A DNA stretch of 64,000 nucleotides. Origin: Caldisericia bacterium (GTDB lineage: Bacteria; Caldisericota; Caldisericia; B22-G15). The notes beneath the pieces are model-generated. The model was not told the origin of the DNA and did no database searches. It was given only the letters and a program-made list of their open reading frames with translations. The position numbers were made by a program, and so were the translations under genes. Shown here piece after piece: positions 59,681 to 64,000 of this stretch; position 1 is the stretch's first letter, and the number at the start of each line of letters is the position of its first letter. The DNA is taken from NCBI GenBank assembly GCA_030018355.1, contig JASEFN010000002.1:46699-110698 (forward strand). Reading direction: 5' to 3'.

Positions 59681-62656
59681 ATGAATAAAATTAACGAATC
59701 AATAGTTCATATTTTTGATAATTTAGAAAATCATGTCTCATTTATTTTGGAAAATGAAAAGATAAAATCTATCAGTAAAAATTTTTATAAAATTTTAAAT
59801 TTCAAAGAGGAAGAATTGATTGGGAAAGAGATAAAAGAATTTTTTTTAGATGAAAAAGAATATTTAGAATTTAAAAAGAATATGACAATAAATGAACAGA
59901 AAATTTTTAAAATTAAATTAAAAGATAAAAGTGGTAATGTTAAAACTTTTAAAAGTGTATTAGTTAATCTTGAAATTAATAAGAATTTATTGATTTTATA
60001 TGATATTTCTGAAAAGATTAAAAAAGAAACTTTAAACAAAATTCTTTATGAGATATCAAATTTAGCCTTTAGAGTAAAAAATCTTCAAGAGTTATTGGAA
60101 GAGATTCATAAGTTGTTAAAAGAGTATATTTATGCAGAAAATTTTTATATTTCTTTAATAGATGAGAGTGGAGATTATATCTATTTTCCATATTTCGTTG
60201 ATTTAAAAGATGAGAAACCCACACCAAGAAAAAGAAGAGGCGGAATCACAGAATATATTTTAGAAAGAGGCGAGCCAACTCTTTTAAAAAGAGAAGAAAT
60301 AGAAAAATTGAGAGAAGAGGGAAAACTTATTTTTTATGGAACATGTCCTGAATATTATATAGGTGCTCCCCTAAGAGTTTTCGATAAATTAATTGGAGTT
60401 ATAGCACTTCAAAGTTATGATAAAGATATAACTTATGATGAAGATGATTTAAATTTAATCTCATTTTTAAGTAAGCAAATTTCTTATGTAATTGAAAGAT
60501 TAAAAAGTGAAAATGAAAGAACTTCATTAATTAAAAACATTAAAGGTTTTGTTTTTACAATAACACTTGAAAGAGAAAAAATAAAAATAATTGAAATTGA
60601 AGGAAATTTTGAAGAAATTACTGGTTATAAAAAAGATGAAATTTTAAAAGAAAGGAATGACCTCAAATCTTTAATTCATAAAGAAGATTATGAAAAAATT
60701 AAAAAATTATTTTTAGATGTTTATGAATTAAAAGATAAGACCTTAACTGAAATTTTTAGAATAATTACTAAAAGTGGTGAAATAAAATGGGTAAGCATAA
60801 ATTTATCAATTTTAAAAATTGAAATTCCTGAAGTCAAGATAGTTCAAGGTATTATAACTGATATAACAGAAAGTATAAAAACAAAAGAAAAATTTTTTGA
60901 GACAGAGGCAAAATATAAGAGAATTCTTGATAATTCAAGAGACATTATTTTTAGATATGCTTTTTATCCAAAAAAAGGTTTTGAGTATATTAATAATATT
61001 GTAACTGAAATTACAGGTTATACTCCAGAAGAGCATTACAATGATCCTGATTTATTTTTTAAAATAGTTCATCCTGAAGATAAAATTTTACTCCAAAAAA
61101 TTATATCAGGCGAGATAAAAGACCCCATTGTTTTAAGATTTATAAGAAAAGATGGAAAAATAGTTTATTTAGAACAAAATAATTGGTTTATTAAAGATAA
61201 AAATGGAAATGTAGTTGCTATAGAGGGAATATTTAGAAATGTAACAAAAAGAAAAGTCCTTGAGGAGAGTCTAAAAGAAAGCGAGAAAAGATTTAGAACC
61301 CTTTTTGAAAATGCTCCACTTGGTATTACATTAACTAGTAAAAACGGTGAAATTTTATATTGTAATCCAAAATATGAAGAGATCATGGGTTATAAAGTTG
61401 ATGAACTAAAAAATAAAACTTGGATGGAGTTAACATATCCAGAAGATATAAAAGAAGATTTAGAAAAATTTAATAAATTAATAAAAGGAGAGTTATATTC
61501 TTATTCAGTTGAAAAAAGAGCAATTAGAAAAGATGGAAAAGTAATTTGGATAAATCTTAAAGTTGTTAGAGTAGATGATGAAAAAGGAGATTTCCTTTAT
61601 GAAATTGCTATGATAGAAGATATAACAGAAAAGAAAATGTTAGAGAAAGCAGTTCAGGAAAGCATGAAAAGATTTAGAACCCTTTTTGAAAAATCACCTG
61701 TTGGTATAACAATGAGTGATATAGACGGAAAGATTATCGCATCAAATGAAGCATATTTAAAAATAATTGGATATAGTTTAGATGAAATAAAAAAGGTTTC
61801 TTGGAAAGAATATACATATCCAGAAGATATAGATAAAGATTGGAATTTATTTAAAAAATTAATAAATAGAGAAATTGACTCATATTCTATTGAAAAAAGA
61901 TATATAAGAAAAGATGGAGAAATTATATATGCAAGATTAAATTGTGCAGCAGTTTTTGATGAGAATGGTGAATTTCAATTTGAATTTGCAATAATTGAAG
62001 ATATAACCGAAGAAAAAAAGTTGAAACATGAAATTGAAGAAAGTAGAGAAAAACTCGCAAGATCTCTTGAAAATATTTTAAATCTAATAACAAAAATAAC
62101 AGAAATAAAAGATCCCTATACTTTAGGTCATCAAAGAAGAGTTGCCCTTCTTGCAACAAAAATCGCAAAAAAGATGAATTTACCAGAAGAAACAATTGAA
62201 AAAATAAGAATTGCATCATTTTTACATGATATTGGAAAATTAACACTTCCAGTTGAAGTTTTAAATAAAGGTGGAAAACTCTCAGAAAATGAATTTTCAC
62301 TTATAAAAGAGCACTCTAAAAATGGATATGAAATAATTAAAAAAATTGAAAATTTTATACCAATAGCAGAAATAGTTCTTCAACATCATGAAAGGTTAAA
62401 TGGTTCAGGATATCCTTTTGGTTTAAAAGATGATGAAATTCTTCTTGAAGCAAGAATAATTGCTGTTTGTGATGTTTTTGAAGCAATGACTTCACATAGA
62501 CCATATAGACCAGCATATAGTGTGGAGGATGCTTTAAAAGAGTTAAAAAATTATAAAGGAATTTTATATGACCCTCAAGTTGTTAATGCTTTAGAAGAGT
62601 TAATTTTAAATAATGAAATAAACATAAAATTTTTAAATGGAAAAAATAAATCTTAA
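59681..62656 (+). CDS. multi-sensor (PAS x4 plus GAF) HD-GYP-domain c-di-GMP phosphodiesterase
   Basis: GAF-like region around aa 130-270, four PAS repeats starting FRTLFENAPLGIT and FRTLFEKSPVGIT, and a C-terminal HD (FLHDIGK) and HHERLNGSGYP (HD-GYP). Confidence 0.8.
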   Translation: MNKINESIVHIFDNLENHVSFILENEKIKSISKNFYKILNFKEEELIGKEIKEFFLDEKEYLEFKKNMTINEQKIFKIKLKDKSGNVKTFKSVLVNLEINKNLLILYDISEKIKKETLNKILYEISNLAFRVKNLQELLEEIHKLLKEYIYAENFYISLIDESGDYIYFPYFVDLKDEKPTPRKRRGGITEYILERGEPTLLKREEIEKLREEGKLIFYGTCPEYYIGAPLRVFDKLIGVIALQSYDKDITYDEDDLNLISFLSKQISYVIERLKSENERTSLIKNIKGFVFTITLEREKIKIIEIEGNFEEITGYKKDEILKERNDLKSLIHKEDYEKIKKLFLDVYELKDKTLTEIFRIITKSGEIKWVSINLSILKIEIPEVKIVQGIITDITESIKTKEKFFETEAKYKRILDNSRDIIFRYAFYPKKGFEYINNIVTEITGYTPEEHYNDPDLFFKIVHPEDKILLQKIISGEIKDPIVLRFIRKDGKIVYLEQNNWFIKDKNGNVVAIEGIFRNVTKRKVLEESLKESEKRFRTLFENAPLGITLTSKNGEILYCNPKYEEIMGYKVDELKNKTWMELTYPEDIKEDLEKFNKLIKGELYSYSVEKRAIRKDGKVIWINLKVVRVDDEKGDFLYEIAMIEDITEKKMLEKAVQESMKRFRTLFEKSPVGITMSDIDGKIIASNEAYLKIIGYSLDEIKKVSWKEYTYPEDIDKDWNLFKKLINREIDSYSIEKRYIRKDGEIIYARLNCAAVFDENGEFQFEFAIIEDITEEKKLKHEIEESREKLARSLENILNLITKITEIKDPYTLGHQRRVALLATKIAKKMNLPEETIEKIRIASFLHDIGKLTLPVEVLNKGGKLSENEFSLIKEHSKNGYEIIKKIENFIPIAEIVLQHHERLNGSGYPFGLKDDEILLEARIIAVCDVFEAMTSHRPYRPAYSVEDALKELKNYKGILYDPQVVNALEELILNNEINIKFLNGKNKS

Positions 62657-63737
62657 ATGCAACAAGTGTAGCAAAATTTATAAAGAGGAAGATAAAAAGG
62701 TTATTTGTGATTGTGGTGGTTTTTTAGATTTGCAATTCGATGTTGAATTTAAAATTAATCTTATTGATACAAAAAAATTTTGCCTCCTTAGATACAAAAA
62801 TTTTTTACCAATTAAAGACGAAAAAAATATAGTGTCTTTTAATGAAGGTTTTACACCATTAATAAAATTAAATATAGAGGAGAATGAAATATATTTTAAA
62901 CTCGATTTTTTATTTCCTACAGGTTCGTTTAAAGATAGAGGTTCAGTTGTTTTGATAAGTAAAATTAAGGAACTTGGTATAAAAAGAGTTGTGGAAGATT
63001 CTTCTGGAAATGCTGGAGCATCAATTGCATCCTATTGTGCGCTTGGGGGCATTGAGTGTGATATTTTTGTTCCAGAAAGTGCTTCAAAAAATAAAATAAA
63101 CCAAATAAAGATTTTTGGAGCAAATTTACATATTTTACCTTTATCAAGAGAAGAAGTTCATATTGAAGCAAGAAAATTTGCAAAAGATTTTTATTATGCG
63201 AGTCACTTTTTAAATCCCTATTTTTTGCAAGGAACAAAGACAATTATTTATGAGATTTTTGAACAACTTGAATTTTCTCTTCCTGATTCAATTGTAATTC
63301 CAGTTGGAAACGGATCTCTTCTTCTTGGAATTTATAAAGGTTTACAAGATTTAAAGAGAGGTAAACTTTTAGATAGATTTCCAAAACTTATTTGTGTTCA
63401 AGCAGAAAATTGTGCTCCTATTTATGAATCTTATAAAAATAAAAGTTTTGAAATTCAAAAATTTGAAAAAAGAGAAACAGTTGCAGAAGGAATTGCAATA
63501 GCAAATCCATTAAGAGGAAAAGAGATTTTAAATGCAATTTATGAGACTTCTGGTGAGGTAATTACTGTTAATGAAAAAGAAATTTTATTATCACAAAAAG
63601 AACTTGCTAAAAAAGGTATTTTTGTTGAGCCCACATCAGCAGTTCAGTATGCAGGATTAAAAAAGTATATTAAATATTTAAATAAAAAAGAGAAAATCAT
63701 TTGTGTTTTAACAGGAAGTGGTCTAAAATCTTTGTGA
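62637..63737 (+). CDS. thrC: threonine synthase (short form with N-terminal zinc ribbon)
   Basis: PLP-lysine motif FPTGSFKDRG, the Trp-synthase-beta fold, and an N-terminal CNKC...CDCGG ribbon. Confidence 0.7.
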   Translation: MEKINLKCNKCSKIYKEEDKKVICDCGGFLDLQFDVEFKINLIDTKKFCLLRYKNFLPIKDEKNIVSFNEGFTPLIKLNIEENEIYFKLDFLFPTGSFKDRGSVVLISKIKELGIKRVVEDSSGNAGASIASYCALGGIECDIFVPESASKNKINQIKIFGANLHILPLSREEVHIEARKFAKDFYYASHFLNPYFLQGTKTIIYEIFEQLEFSLPDSIVIPVGNGSLLLGIYKGLQDLKRGKLLDRFPKLICVQAENCAPIYESYKNKSFEIQKFEKRETVAEGIAIANPLRGKEILNAIYETSGEVITVNEKEILLSQKELAKKGIFVEPTSAVQYAGLKKYIKYLNKKEKIICVLTGSGLKSL

Positions 63738-63784
63738 AATAATAAAATAAATGATAAAATTAAAGAAATTTATTTAAAGGAGTT

Positions 63785-64000
63785 ATGCTTATGAAAAAAA
63801 TAATTTTTTTAATAATTTTTTTATTATTTTTCATAGTAGACTTAAACACATCTTTTGCAAAAGATTATTCAATTCCAAAAGTTAAAATCGATGTAATTTT
63901 AAATAAAGATGGAAGTGCAAATTTTATTGAAGAGAGAACCTATACATTTCAGGGAAATTTTACTTTTGGTTATTATGATTTACCTAAAAAGGGTTATGAA
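63785..64000 (+). CDS. DUF2207-family membrane protein, 3'-truncated by the window edge
   Basis: Signal peptide or TM, then KVKIDVILNKDGSANFIEERTYTFQGNFTFGYYDLP matching the DUF2207 N-terminal domain. Confidence 0.45.
   Translation, partial: MLMKKIIFLIIFLLFFIVDLNTSFAKDYSIPKVKIDVILNKDGSANFIEERTYTFQGNFTFGYYDLPKKGYE

Noticed and set aside
1-64000. CRISPR arrays, insertion sequences, integrases, phage genes, and tandem or long direct repeats.
   Set aside because: Scanning found no spaced repeat arrays, terminal inverted repeats, transposase or integrase-like ORFs, or compositional islands. The only internal repeats are coding duplications, such as the duplicated [10 protein letters not shown] in ClpC and the PAS repeats.

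Overview
This is a densely packed, strongly AT-rich bacterial chromosomal window (by eye about 30% GC, not computed). The tRNAs are conspicuously GC-rich, which fits a thermophile with Firmicutes- or Thermotogae-like gene organisation. Almost all of it is conserved housekeeping. On the minus strand it opens with the classical cluster rpsB-tsf-pyrH-frr-uppS-cdsA-dxr-rseP-ispG-proS, followed by a GT2 glycosyltransferase and a cupin. Next come dppA-like and ahcY, a tRNA-Lys/tRNA-Glu pair, and a complete Pho regulon block (phoP-phoR-pstSCAB-phoU) with Bacillus-type Pho boxes upstream of pstS. After that: cobB-ridA-HD-ogt, an intein-containing class II ribonucleotide reductase (nrdJ), hutI, and a folE-folP-folB-exonuclease-rarA-trx operon. 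Then lpdA, recA-recX-rny-ymdB, a CCA/polyA-polymerase-family gene, miaB, an MBL hydrolase, dprA-recG-rsmD-coaD-yceD, tdh-kbl, zupT, a P-type Ca-ATPase, rpiB, a ClpC-like chaperone, secG, tRNA-Leu(GAG), a multi-PAS/GAF HD-GYP protein, thrC and a DUF2207 fragment. I found no CRISPR array, transposon, prophage or obvious defence island. Four things stand out. (1) A large HerA/FtsK-superfamily (DUF853-like) ATPase is broken by a +1 frameshift in an A8 homopolymer, yet continues for about 300 stop-free, start-less codons. (2) PlsY and TsaC/YrdC are fused in one reading frame. (3) The NrdJ intein sits at the catalytic Cys, has a degenerate LAGLIDADG domain and ends in Leu-Asp instead of His-Asn. (4) The ClpC-like unfoldase has a McsA/ClpE-type N-terminal zinc finger and no obvious ClpP-docking loop. 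All functional calls come from reading motifs in the translated ORFs by eye. No database searches were run.
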